A stretch of 32,000 nt of DNA from Desulfosporosinus sp. Sb-LF (lineage in GTDB: Bacteria; Bacillota; Desulfitobacteriia; Desulfitobacteriales; Desulfitobacteriaceae). The translations under genes were made by a program, and so were the position numbers. The notes beneath the pieces are model-generated. The model saw nothing but the letters and a program-made list of their open reading frames with translations, was not told the DNA's origin and did not search any database. Below are positions 1 to 8,865 of this stretch, piece after piece (the stretch's first letter is position 1; each line of letters starts with the position of its first letter). The DNA lies in NCBI RefSeq assembly GCF_004766055.1, contig NZ_SPQR01000013.1:53829-85828 (forward strand), in the 5' to 3' direction.

Positions 1-818
1 TGCTTGCTGAGATTCCCAGTAAAAGTCGTAATGAACTTAAGTCTCTGTTGGCCCATCATCAGATCTCGGTGGATGGCGAAGTTGTGACAAAATATAATCA
101 TCCGTTGGAAATCGGTCAACAGCTGGTCGTTACTTGGACTAAAGTGTTGATGGAGAAACAACCTGAAGGGCTAACGATTGTGTTTGAAGATCCCCATATC
201 ATCATTGTTGAAAAACGGGCCGGTTTGCTCTCGATTGCTACCGCTACAGAAAAGGAACAAACGGCCTATAGTATTTTAAGTGATCATGTAAAAAAGAGAG
301 ATCCTAAGAATAAGATCTTTGTTTTGCATCGTCTCGATCGGGAAACATCTGGGGTCATGATGTTTGCCAAGAGCGAGAAAATACAACAGTTGTTGCAAAA
401 TGCCTGGAAGGACGCGGTCTTGGAGAGAAGTTACGTCGTGGTTGTGGAAGGGGCAGTAACCAAGGAGCAAGGAACGATCACCTCTTGGCTAACCGAAAGT
501 AAAGCCTATATTATGTATTCTAGTCGCACTCCGAATGACGGTCAAAAAGCTGTGACACACTATAAGGTTCTCAAGAAAAACAAAAACTACTCTCTCTTAG
601 AAGTGAAACTTGAGACTGGTCGAAAGAATCAAATTCGCGTACATATGCAAGACATTGGACACAGTGTAATTGGGGATAAGAAATATGGAGCGATCAAGCA
701 CCCTATTGGTCGATTAGGACTTCATGCTCGTGTCCTTGCCTTTAAACATCCTATAACGGGTGAAGAAGTACGTTATGAGACGGATATTCCTAAGGAATTT
801 CTTAACTTATTTAGCTAA
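1..818 (+). CDS. RluA/RluD-family 23S rRNA pseudouridine synthase, 5'-truncated by the window edge. The reading frame is open from nt 3, and the TTG at 48 is an internal Leu, not the start.
   Basis: The frame is open from nt 3 and reads LAEIPSKSRNELKSLLAHHQISVDGEVV, the tail of an S4 domain. The catalytic motif HRLDRETSGVMMFAK and the KNQIRVH motif are present. Confidence 0.9.
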   Translation, partial: LAEIPSKSRNELKSLLAHHQISVDGEVVTKYNHPLEIGQQLVVTWTKVLMEKQPEGLTIVFEDPHIIIVEKRAGLLSIATATEKEQTAYSILSDHVKKRDPKNKIFVLHRLDRETSGVMMFAKSEKIQQLLQNAWKDAVLERSYVVVVEGAVTKEQGTITSWLTESKAYIMYSSRTPNDGQKAVTHYKVLKKNKNYSLLEVKLETGRKNQIRVHMQDIGHSVIGDKKYGAIKHPIGRLGLHARVLAFKHPITGEEVRYETDIPKEFLNLFS

Positions 819-834
819 TAGCTACCGTCAATTT

Positions 835-868
835 AAAAAAAAGAACCGGGTTTACACCCGGTCTTTTG
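835..868. terminator. Bidirectional rho-independent terminator
   Basis: GC-rich stem ACCGGG (845-850) / CCCGGT (857-862). It is flanked by an A8 run (835-842) and a T4 run (864-867). The minus-strand reading therefore has the longer U-tract. Confidence 0.6.
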
Positions 869-971
869 ATCCATCTTTTCCAATTTTATCAGAGTCAAAA
901 GGAAAGGGAATCTTCTCTGTGTTATCAGGCTTGCGCGATCTATTGTTCGTTTTCTTAGTTTTCTTAGCCAT
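852..971 (-). CDS. Small basic protein, 39 aa (MAKKTKKTNNRSRKPDNTEKIPFPFDSDKIGKDGSKDRV), function unknown
   Basis: This uses an internal ATG of the 852..1040 track ORF. The ATG is preceded by AAAGGGGGT about 9 nt upstream. The stop codon lies in the loop of the terminator hairpin, and a U8 tract follows on the minus strand. Confidence 0.35.
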   Translation of the reverse strand: MAKKTKKTNNRSRKPDNTEKIPFPFDSDKIGKDGSKDRV

Positions 972-1092
972 TGGCAATTTACCCCCTTTAAAAAGTGTTG
1001 TGTCGTATGTAAATAGAATGCCCTGATTAATAAATAACAATGTAATTGGGGCTAAAGTATATTACGACTGGGGTGGAATGGAGTTATGCAAA

Positions 1093-1410
1093 ATGTCGAA
1101 TAGGTTAGAGCGTGAAAAGACGACGGTGCAAATGATGCTCAGGTTATATTGCAAAAATCATCACCACACTGCCGATGGATTGTGTTCGGAATGCCAAGGA
1201 TTATCTGATTATGCTATGACCCGCCTTGCCCATTGTAAGTTTGGTGATCGTAAACCGACCTGTGGTAAATGTATAGTACATTGTTATAAGCCGGAAATGC
1301 GTATGAGAATTATTGAGGTTATGCGATATTCAGGCCCTAAGATGCTTTTTGTCCATCCGATTGCTTCGATTCGGCATTTAATAGACGGACGTAGAAATGG
1401 GCATCGATAG
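1093..1410 (+). CDS. Nitrous-oxide-stimulated promoter family (YgbA-like) Cys-rich protein
   Basis: Contains YCKNHHH...CSEC...HCKFGDRKPTCGKCIVHCYKPEMR, which is typical of the YgbA_NO family. GGAG lies 9 nt upstream of the ATG at 1093. Confidence 0.8.
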   Translation: MSNRLEREKTTVQMMLRLYCKNHHHTADGLCSECQGLSDYAMTRLAHCKFGDRKPTCGKCIVHCYKPEMRMRIIEVMRYSGPKMLFVHPIASIRHLIDGRRNGHR

Positions 1411-1471
1411 TGCCCATCATGTTTGAGAGAAAGTACGGTAATACATTAGTAAAAAAGAGGGACTAGTGAGC

Positions 1472-1735
1472 ATGACAATAGAAGAGCATTCGCTTGAAAT
1501 GCGAGGGATGCCCCATAGAGATTTGGAAGAGTACTTTCTCTCAATTGGAGGAAAGTGTCTCGAAAAGGGAACTTATCGGGGCCCTCACTGGGAAGTAGAA
1601 TTGAGTGACGAGTGGACATGTACTCTTGGGTCAATCCATGTTCCAGCAACGCTAGTGACCTTTCGAGTGAATGAGGAGGACTGGCCGCAAATGGTGAATG
1701 CCTTTCGACTACGCTTCCTTTCAGCAGGGGGATAA
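1472..1735 (+). CDS. Hypothetical protein (87 aa)
   Basis: ORF with AGAGGGA upstream of the ATG at 1472. I recognised no motif. Confidence 0.5.
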   Translation: MTIEEHSLEMRGMPHRDLEEYFLSIGGKCLEKGTYRGPHWEVELSDEWTCTLGSIHVPATLVTFRVNEEDWPQMVNAFRLRFLSAGG

Positions 1736-1785
1736 CTCAAGAGCTGGAAAATCAAAAAGAAGCAGTAAGGATATGAGAACGTCAG

Positions 1786-2523
1786 ATGAAACAGAACAAG
1801 TGGGAGATTTATTTAGCCTTGGGGCTTGGTGTTACCTCGTTTACAATTTATTTAATTCAGGATCTTATTTTTGATAATTTGTCGGTCATTTTTAACGATA
1901 TTTTATCTCAGATTGCCTATCTCCCTATTTATATCCTTTTGTCAACCATCGTGTTTGATCGCCTTTTGAGCCGACGTGAAAAGGGCGAGAGATTGAAAAA
2001 ACTGAATATGATTATCGGGACCTTTTTTAGTGAGAGTGGCGTCACGATGCTTCATTGCCTCTCTAGATTTGATATGAAGCGTGAGGAGACGGCAAAAATA
2101 ATCTTATCAAAAGATTGGATCAACAAGCCCGAAATGATGAGACGATGGCTTGGGCAAAATGGAATTAAAATTAACAGTCGAGCAGATGGGCTGGAAGAGC
2201 TGAAAATGACTCTCTTAGGGAAACGAGAGTTTCTCCTGAGGATGCTAGAAAACCCTAATTTGCTTGAGCATGAATCGTTCACAGAACTTCTGTGGGCTGT
2301 TTTCCATTTAACGGAGGAGTTGGCAAGTCGAGCAGATTTGAACCATCTTAGTGAGGCTGACTATCACCACTTCTCGGGAGATATCGAACGTGCCTATAGC
2401 TTATTAATGGTGGAATGGTTGACGTATATGGTTCATCTCAAAGAAGATTATCCATATCTGTTTTCTTTTTCATCCAGAACAAATCCTTTCGATCCAGAAG
2501 CCCGAGTGGAAATTTCAGACTGA
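1786..2523 (+). CDS. Hypothetical membrane-anchored protein (two N-terminal TM helices plus a helical cytoplasmic domain)
   Basis: 245-aa ORF. The N-terminal hydrophobic segments are LALGLGVTSFTIYLI and IAYLPIYILLSTIVF. Confidence 0.6.
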   Translation: MKQNKWEIYLALGLGVTSFTIYLIQDLIFDNLSVIFNDILSQIAYLPIYILLSTIVFDRLLSRREKGERLKKLNMIIGTFFSESGVTMLHCLSRFDMKREETAKIILSKDWINKPEMMRRWLGQNGIKINSRADGLEELKMTLLGKREFLLRMLENPNLLEHESFTELLWAVFHLTEELASRADLNHLSEADYHHFSGDIERAYSLLMVEWLTYMVHLKEDYPYLFSFSSRTNPFDPEARVEISD

Positions 2524-3096
2524 CTAGAGAATTTGATAGAGTTCGGATAACGTGCCGATTAGTTTAACGTCAGGATTTATAACGAGCCCTTGAGAAACGG
2601 AGTGAGAGGCTTGGAGAGCACTTAAGGTAAGTGAGGGGATAGGAAGGGCATGACATTCTTCCAAGGAAAAAAAGCCCAGATCACTGACTTCCTCTGGTTG
2701 TGATTGAAGGTTCCCTCCTAGGAATTGCATAAGGAAAATGATATAGGCATCATGTTTATCAGCAGGTTGATCTCGCAAGGCAATAATCGAGAGTGGTTTG
2801 GCTTTAATTCCAGTTTCCTCTTGAATTTCGCGCGTGACTGCATTTCCAATAGATTCTCCATGATCCACATATCCTCCTGGAATTGTCCACATTCCTTTAC
2901 CAGGATTATATCCACGTTGTACGAGAAGGACTTTATCCTTGTGCCAAATCACCCCCCCAACGCCGAGGGAAAAATCTCCCCAGTGGATATAGGAACAGTT
3001 AGGACATGTGCTTCGAAGGTGGTCATCAAGGATCGATTCTTGAAGGGGTTTACCACAAAACGGGCAAAAACGATAGGGACCAGTTTTGTAAGACAT
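2524..3096 (-). CDS. NUDIX hydrolase with N-terminal zinc ribbon (NudC-like architecture)
   Basis: Nudix box GGYVDHGESIGNAVTREIQEETG. The N-terminus carries CPFCG...CPNC. Confidence 0.85.
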   Translation of the reverse strand: MSYKTGPYRFCPFCGKPLQESILDDHLRSTCPNCSYIHWGDFSLGVGGVIWHKDKVLLVQRGYNPGKGMWTIPGGYVDHGESIGNAVTREIQEETGIKAKPLSIIALRDQPADKHDAYIIFLMQFLGGNLQSQPEEVSDLGFFSLEECHALPIPSLTLSALQASHSVSQGLVINPDVKLIGTLSELYQIL

Positions 3097-3230
3097 GCAT
3101 GGTTGTTCCTTTCAATGAGTTTGATTCATTTATGATTCCGCTACAGAAACCTCTAGTTTCACCTCTGCTATGCCGTAATAGCGTGATGTTATTCAACAGA
3201 AGGGTACCTTTCACAGCAGACTATTCATGA

Positions 3231-4448
3231 TTAGTGAGTCTGTTGAAGCAAATGAAAGCGTTGGATGACTTTGCCATAAATAATGAACATAAGCAAAGAC
3301 GCTCCCATGAAAACGAGGGCAAGCGCCCATACGCTAGTTCCTCCGCCATTGTCATACATCATACCCCCTAGTAAGGGGCCAATCACCCGACCACCCGATG
3401 TTGCACCGCCAATAATCCCTTGATAAGCCCCTGCTTTTCCTGGAGGAGCAAGTTGAGCAGCCGCTGCGGGAACCGCCGGTAGAATCAGCATCTCACCCAA
3501 GGTGAGGATGAGCATAGCAAAGATATAAGAAACATACGGAAGTTTTCCTAGTAAAATGACGTAGCCAATGCTTAAGAGAATGGATGCGAGGTAAAATTGC
3601 CGCGTAAAAGACTTCGCCCAAGTATGGATCACCCAAGTGATAAGAGGTTGTAAGGTGACGATGAATACGCCGTTGAGGGTCCATAGCACGCTGTAAGAAA
3701 AAAGAGAAAATCCAAGTTGGTTCATAACAACAGGTAAGATTGTAACGAGCTGAATATAAGCACCCCAGGCAAAGAATATCCCTCCCCCTAAGACCAGAAG
3801 TACTGTAAAGCCCTTGTCTTTCATCAGCCGCTCGGCTTTCTGCTTTGCCTGAATCGGAGGATGGGGCTTATTACTTTTTTCGGAAATCCCTATAGAGACT
3901 AAAATCAAATAGATTAAGAACGCTGCTGCATTCAGTGAGAAGACCAGACGAAAAGAAACTTGAGCGATCATTCCTCCGATGGCAGTACCTACAGCGACCC
4001 CGGCGTTATTGGAAACATAAAGCAGATTAAAACCCCGCCGTCCTCCTTCCGGCCAAACGATCTGTAGGAGAGCATAAAGAGGAACGAAGATAAAGGCTTG
4101 AGCTAAGCCGAACAGGATCAAGGCAGGTGCATACACTTCCCAGATAGGAAAAATACCGATAAACCCAACAGTAAGAATGGCACCCACTAAGCCAATCATC
4201 ATGATTTTCCTCGGTCCAAAACGGTCTGCTAAAAAACCACTAGCAAATTGACCCAAAAGAGAAGCAGCAGATTGAAATGCTAGAAGGGTACCTGCATCTG
4301 TTAAAGTACGTCCCAAGACTTTATGCATAAAGAGACTATTCAAAGGCCACATTAAAGAATTTCCCGTTGACTGGATGAAACCACCAATGATTAGGACGAT
4401 GACAGCACGAGGAATATCTAAACGTTTTAAGTTCAAACGGAAAACCAC
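3231..4448 (-). CDS. MFS transporter
   Basis: 405 aa with about 12 hydrophobic segments. An MFS loop motif of the type LADRFGPRK is present. Confidence 0.85.
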   Translation of the reverse strand: MVFRLNLKRLDIPRAVIVLIIGGFIQSTGNSLMWPLNSLFMHKVLGRTLTDAGTLLAFQSAASLLGQFASGFLADRFGPRKIMMIGLVGAILTVGFIGIFPIWEVYAPALILFGLAQAFIFVPLYALLQIVWPEGGRRGFNLLYVSNNAGVAVGTAIGGMIAQVSFRLVFSLNAAAFLIYLILVSIGISEKSNKPHPPIQAKQKAERLMKDKGFTVLLVLGGGIFFAWGAYIQLVTILPVVMNQLGFSLFSYSVLWTLNGVFIVTLQPLITWVIHTWAKSFTRQFYLASILLSIGYVILLGKLPYVSYIFAMLILTLGEMLILPAVPAAAAQLAPPGKAGAYQGIIGGATSGGRVIGPLLGGMMYDNGGGTSVWALALVFMGASLLMFIIYGKVIQRFHLLQQTH

Positions 4449-4649
4449 CTTTTAGGTCTTGAAAACAAACTTATATTGTCTGAAAGACTATATATTACTT
4501 CGACATACATATAAAGAAACCTCCAATTTGTAAAACCTCTAAGGATAAAATACAGTTATTAAAACGTAATAAGCAGGATTCTTAAAAATACCCTCGAAAG
4601 AATAAGATATTAAACTTAGGGTAAAACTACCAAAAAAGGAGAGTGAGTT

Positions 4650-5234
4650 ATGAATTTCCATGAAACAGAAACATTTAAAAACCTGAGCAATGCTTTCGCT
4701 GGGGAGTCTCAAGCACGCAATCGGTATTCGTTTTTTGGGGGTGTTGCTAAGAAAGAAGGGTATCAACACATTCAGGCCATTTTTGAGGAGACAGCCGCCA
4801 ACGAAAGGGAGCATGCACAAGTTTTCTATAAACTTTTAGTGGCTCATACGCAAGATGCAACCCAAATCATTCATGTCGATGCAGATTACCCTCTGGTATA
4901 CAAAGATACCGTGACTAATCTAAGGGCAGCGGCAGCTGGAGAACGAGAAGAGTGGGCTGAAATTTATTCAAAGTTTGGGACAATTGCCGAAAAGGAAGGT
5001 TTCCCTGACATTGCTAAGGCCTTTAAAACAATAGCCGAAGTTGAAAAGCACCATATGGAACGTTTTGAACATTATGCGGATGGGATTGCCAACGGGACGA
5101 TCTTCAAGAAGGACAAGCCTACCGCCTGGAAATGCACCAACTGTGGATACATCCATGAAGGACCGGAAGCTCCAGACGTCTGTCCAGCCTGTGCGCATCC
5201 TCAGGGATATTTCGAAGAGATCCAAAAGTCGTAA
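4650..5234 (+). CDS. rbr: Rubrerythrin
   Basis: The ferritin-like di-iron domain has E-x-x-H motifs (ANEREHAQVF, EVEKHH). The C-terminal rubredoxin domain reads WKCTNCGY...CPACAHP. AAGGAGAG RBS. Confidence 0.92.
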   Translation: MNFHETETFKNLSNAFAGESQARNRYSFFGGVAKKEGYQHIQAIFEETAANEREHAQVFYKLLVAHTQDATQIIHVDADYPLVYKDTVTNLRAAAAGEREEWAEIYSKFGTIAEKEGFPDIAKAFKTIAEVEKHHMERFEHYADGIANGTIFKKDKPTAWKCTNCGYIHEGPEAPDVCPACAHPQGYFEEIQKS

Positions 5235-5280
5235 AAAACAGAGCCGAGTAGGAAGACTTCCTACTCGGCTCTGTTTTTTA
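5233..5280. terminator. Bidirectional rho-independent terminator
   Basis: ACAGAGCCGAGTAGGAAG (5238-5255) is the near-perfect complement of CTTCCTACTCGGCTCTGT (5257-5274). It is flanked by A5 and T5 runs. Confidence 0.85.
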
Positions 5281-5297
5281 CGAGTGGGAGAAAAGAC

Positions 5298-5326
5298 TTG
5301 CAATGTGCATGAAATATGAACATAAT
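5298..5326 (+). promoter_or_regulatory. Candidate sigma-A promoter for the M24 peptidase gene
   Basis: TTGCAA (5298-5303), a 17-nt spacer, then CATAAT (5321-5326). Confidence 0.4.
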
Positions 5327-5375
5327 AATAATATAAAAATTCTGAAAACTACCTAAAATTGAAGGAGGAGTGACC

Positions 5376-6569
5376 ATGAAACTACCCCTAATGGAATTGC
5401 AAGACCGAGTTTCCGAGTTTCAAGTTAGTTTGCAGAAGAAAGGACTTGAGGGGGCTTTATTGGTTCAACGGGCAGACACCTTGTATTATACAGGAACCGC
5501 TCAAAATGTGCATGCTTATATTCCAAAGGAAGGAAAGCCCCTTGTCATGGCCTATCGTGATTTCAACAGAGCTCAGCAAGAAAGTGCTTGGGGGGTTATT
5601 CCCCTGACGGGCATGTCTAAGATACCTCAATATATTCAGGGAGCAGGGCTCTCTCTGCCGAAACGATTGGGACTGGAACTAGATGTTCTCCCAGTCAACA
5701 ACTTTGAACGTTATCGTAAACTATTTCCGGACGCCTTATTGGTCGATATATCTACTGAGATTCGTTTGCAGAGAGCGGTGAAGTCGGCTTGGGAAATTGC
5801 GCGACTTGAAGAGAGTGCTCAAATCTACCCCCTAGTTCTAGAGTTTGCCAAGGAAGTCCTTCACGTGGGGATGACGGAGGTTGAGTTAGAGGGATTATTA
5901 GAAGGCAAGGCACGGGCGCTTGGACATGGTGCCCATGTTCGGATGCGTGGTTTTAACTCCGAATTTCATCTTGGTGCCATCACTTCAGGAGCAAGGGCCA
6001 CAGAGGCCAGCTGTTTTGATGGGCCAGTCGTAGGACAAGGCATCTCGATCGCTCATCCCTGTGGCGGATCAATGGCTCAGATTCAAGCAGGTGAACCGAT
6101 TGTCATAGACATGGTGACAGTCGTTCATGGTTATCAGATTGACCAAACCCGAATCTTAAGTCTCGGGCCAGTGTCAGAAGAACTAGAAAAGGCCTATGAA
6201 GTGGCCCTAGAGATCGAAGAGAAAGTCCGCTGTGCCTTAATCCCAGGGAGGGAGGCAGGCGAAGTTTATGAGGAAATTCTAGCATGGGTTCGTGAAAATA
6301 CGCCTTATGAGCAAAATTTCATGGGTTATGGGAAAAGCAGGGTGCGTTTTGTCGGACATGGGGTGGGGCTGGACCTTGATGAACTCCCGACCATTAGCAA
6401 GGGAGCAAAAGAGGTGTTAAAAGCCGGAATGGTGGTCGCCATCGAACCGAAATTGGTATTCCCAGGTGTTGGCGTAGTTGGGATAGAAGATACTGTTGTC
6501 ATCGAGACGGAAAAGGGCGCAAGATATTTATCCCAAATTCCCCGGGAATTAATGGTAGTTAAATTTTAG
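5376..6569 (+). CDS. M24-family metallopeptidase (Xaa-Pro aminopeptidase/dipeptidase-like)
   Basis: Creatinase-like N-terminal domain. The pita-bread C-terminal domain carries the HGVGLDLDELP, VVAIEPK and GIEDTVVI motifs. GAAGGAGG lies 7 nt upstream of the ATG at 5376. Confidence 0.85.
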   Translation: MKLPLMELQDRVSEFQVSLQKKGLEGALLVQRADTLYYTGTAQNVHAYIPKEGKPLVMAYRDFNRAQQESAWGVIPLTGMSKIPQYIQGAGLSLPKRLGLELDVLPVNNFERYRKLFPDALLVDISTEIRLQRAVKSAWEIARLEESAQIYPLVLEFAKEVLHVGMTEVELEGLLEGKARALGHGAHVRMRGFNSEFHLGAITSGARATEASCFDGPVVGQGISIAHPCGGSMAQIQAGEPIVIDMVTVVHGYQIDQTRILSLGPVSEELEKAYEVALEIEEKVRCALIPGREAGEVYEEILAWVRENTPYEQNFMGYGKSRVRFVGHGVGLDLDELPTISKGAKEVLKAGMVVAIEPKLVFPGVGVVGIEDTVVIETEKGARYLSQIPRELMVVKF

Positions 6570-6689
6570 GAATTAATAGATATAACGTTGAGAATATCGT
6601 CTGAATAGTATATTATTATGGTCAATAGATCTATAGTCAACCTGAAGCTTGGTGACTCACGGACGGTCAAGTATAAAACTAAAAGGGAA

Positions 6690-7127
6690 GTGATAGCATT
6701 GTTCAAGAAGATTCTCGTTCCTACAGACGCCTCAGAACATTCGCGTCGTGCCTTGAGGACGGCAATCCAGCTAGCCGAGTCCTTTCAAGCCGAGGTGGAA
6801 CTTCTCCATGTTAGCTATACGCCGCAGGCCTATTGGGGGTATACGATCTCTTATGGAATTACCGTGACGCAAGAACAGCTTGATGAAAACGGAGAACTAG
6901 CTCTAGAGGCAACCCTGATGGGAATGGATCGTGCACAGGTTGTTATTAATAAAAGAATTGAGTCCGGACATCCGGTAAGCGTTATTTTAGAACGAATTAA
7001 AACGGAATCCATCGATTTGGTTGTGATGGGGAGCCATGGTTACGGACCAATTTCTGGTTCGGTTTTAGGAAGTGTGAGCCAACGGGTGTTACAACGAGCG
7101 AGTTGCCCAGTGCTTATCATTAAGTAG
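6690..7127 (+). CDS. Universal stress protein (UspA family)
   Basis: KKILVPTDASEHSRRAL...VMGSHGYGPISGSVLGSVSQRVLQRASCPVLII. The start is probably the GTG at 6690 or the TTG at 6699, after GGGAAG, not the track start at 6618. Confidence 0.85.
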   Translation: MIALFKKILVPTDASEHSRRALRTAIQLAESFQAEVELLHVSYTPQAYWGYTISYGITVTQEQLDENGELALEATLMGMDRAQVVINKRIESGHPVSVILERIKTESIDLVVMGSHGYGPISGSVLGSVSQRVLQRASCPVLIIK

Positions 7128-7245
7128 AGCGTACTTGTTAGATAAATATTAAGTGTCATTAGGTCGCGATGGCGAAGAAACTATTAGTCGGAGAGAGATA
7201 TATGGCAGATTTAGAACGATTTTGTTGACATTTCAGGACAAACGT

Positions 7246-7271
7246 CCCTGCACTAGTTGCAGGGTTTTTTT
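7246..7271 (+). terminator. Rho-independent terminator after the usp gene
   Basis: CCCTGCA ctagt TGCAGGG followed by T7. Confidence 0.6.
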
Positions 7272-7338
7272 CTGTCTATCGCGAATAAACTAATAAAACG
7301 AACTTGAACCAAGTATAGATAGACACGTGGAGGCAACC

Positions 7339-7647
7339 ATGAAAGAAAAAACTATTATGCTGAGTTCTGATGAGCTTCACCTTATGTTGAGAGGCTCCTT
7401 ACAGTGGATTGATGTGGAGCCCCGTCTTACGGCATCTAAAACAGGGATCCGAAAATTGAGTGAAGATATTATTGAAAAGAAACCCGCTCGAAAATTAACC
7501 GAGCAGGTAGGAATAGGAATCAGCCGGCCGCAACAACTTGAGGAACTTGTAACCCGCCTAGAAGGACAACCTGTTGTTTGGCTTTTAGGAAGTGTCGGTC
7601 TCTTAACATTATCCACTTGGTTTTATTTTGTTTTATTTTCGAAATAG
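7339..7647 (+). CDS. Hypothetical protein with a C-terminal TM anchor
   Basis: GGAGG lies upstream of the ATG at 7339. The C-terminus VVWLLGSVGLLTLSTWFYFVLF is hydrophobic. Confidence 0.45.
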   Translation: MKEKTIMLSSDELHLMLRGSLQWIDVEPRLTASKTGIRKLSEDIIEKKPARKLTEQVGIGISRPQQLEELVTRLEGQPVVWLLGSVGLLTLSTWFYFVLFSK

Positions 7648-7684
7648 CTTTTAACAGGGGCTTTTTTATAGCCAGTATATTCTT

Positions 7685-7716
7685 AAAGGGTAAGTCTATA
7701 AGGCTTACCTTTTTTA
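7685..7716 (+). terminator. Rho-independent terminator
   Basis: AAAGGGTAAG ... CTTACCTTTT hairpin with a T-run (7710-7715). Confidence 0.55.
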
Positions 7717-7740
7717 AATGAAATTTTCCTCAAAAATCCT

Positions 7741-7768
7741 TTGCAAAATCTCAAAAAGTGGGTATCAT
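7741..7768 (+). promoter_or_regulatory. Candidate sigma-A promoter of the ctsR operon
   Basis: TTGCAA (7741-7746), a 16-nt spacer, then TATCAT (7763-7768). It sits immediately upstream of the CtsR box. Confidence 0.5.
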
Positions 7769-7777
7769 ATAGATAGA

Positions 7778-7795
7778 AGGTCAGGAAAGGTCAAT
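7778..7795 (+). promoter_or_regulatory. CtsR operator (tandem heptad direct repeat)
   Basis: aGGTCAGgaaaGGTCAAt matches the published CtsR box A/GGTCAAAnAnA/GGTCAAA. It lies between the putative -10 and ctsR. Confidence 0.8.
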
Positions 7796-7852
7796 GATGA
7801 ATTATGGAAGAATAGTTTATAAAAAACTAAAAGAACAAGGAGTACAGAAACA

Positions 7853-8323
7853 ATGGGAAACCTCGCGGATCGCATTGAAGAATATTTGAAACGGATTTTG
7901 GAACAAGCGTCGGAAGGGTATATTATGTTACAACGCAGTGAACTTGCTGGAGAGTTCTGCTGTGTTCCGTCTCAAATCAACTATGTTCTCGACACTCGTT
8001 TCACGATTGAACGGGGTTACTTGGTCGAGAGTCGACGGGGGGGCGGAGGGTACCTTCGGATTATCCGCTTAGGAATGGGTCTCGAAGGAGAGTACCAACA
8101 AGTGATGCGGCAATTGATTGGGGAGCAGCTTACACGTGAACGTTCGAAAGGTCTTGTAGAGCGTTTAGTGAACGAAGAATTGGTGACGGCACGGGAAGCG
8201 GCGCTGATTAAGAACGTACTTACGGGTGACGCATTAATAGGAGAGTTTAGAGATTGGGATGTTCTACGTGCACGTCTAATGAAAACCATTTTGACAACGC
8301 TAAGTCGTGACGATTTGTTATAA
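7853..8323 (+). CDS. ctsR: Class III stress-gene repressor CtsR
   Basis: The N-terminus reads NLADRIEEYLKRIL...IMLQRSELAGEFCCVPSQINYVLDTRFT...GYLVESRRGGGGYLRI, with the glycine-rich loop. The operon context agrees. Confidence 0.93.
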   Translation: MGNLADRIEEYLKRILEQASEGYIMLQRSELAGEFCCVPSQINYVLDTRFTIERGYLVESRRGGGGYLRIIRLGMGLEGEYQQVMRQLIGEQLTRERSKGLVERLVNEELVTAREAALIKNVLTGDALIGEFRDWDVLRARLMKTILTTLSRDDLL

Positions 8324-8337
8324 AGGGGGAATTGAGT

Positions 8338-8865
8338 ATGCTTTGTCAACATTGCAAACAGCGGGAGGCAAAGGTGCAGTTATCTAAAATAGAGAATGGA
8401 TTGCCCCATGATGTGTATCTTTGCGAAGTTTGTGCACAACAAACGCACGAAGTAAGTTTTATATTTAACCCCGCGATTGTTCCGGAATTTTTACAAGCCT
8501 TATTTGGGTTTAATCTAACGTCCGTAGAACAGCCTAATGAAATGGCTTGCCCGAAATCTTGCCCGAAGTGTGGAATGACGTTTGCCCAAATTACTCAAGC
8601 CGGAAAGCTGGGATGCAGTACATGCTATGAAACCTTTGAAGCCTATCTTGAACCGTTACTTCGCCGAGTACATGGTGGTGGACAAAATGTAGGCAAAGTT
8701 CCAGCAAGACGTGGAGTTGTCATTAAACGTCGCATGGAACATAGAAAACTAAAAGAGAAACTTCAGGTTTTGATCCAGCAAGAAGCGTTTGAGGAGGCTG
8801 CTGTGGTAAGAGATCAGATTCGGCAAATTGAGCAAGCTCAGGAAGGGGGAAGCCAGGATGCGTAA
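8338..8865 (+). CDS. mcsA: McsA, activator of protein arginine kinase (zinc fingers plus UVR domain)
   Basis: CQHCK/CEVCA and CPKCG/CSTCY zinc-finger pairs. The C-terminal UVR-like segment reads EEAAVVRDQIRQIE. AGGGGGA RBS. Confidence 0.9.
   Translation: MLCQHCKQREAKVQLSKIENGLPHDVYLCEVCAQQTHEVSFIFNPAIVPEFLQALFGFNLTSVEQPNEMACPKSCPKCGMTFAQITQAGKLGCSTCYETFEAYLEPLLRRVHGGGQNVGKVPARRGVVIKRRMEHRKLKEKLQVLIQQEAFEEAAVVRDQIRQIEQAQEGGSQDA

Noticed and set aside
760-1026. 88-aa + strand ORF overlapping the end of the pseudouridine synthase gene and running through its terminator
   Set aside because: It reads across a rho-independent terminator and has no RBS. The minus-strand 39-aa ORF explains the signals in this region better.
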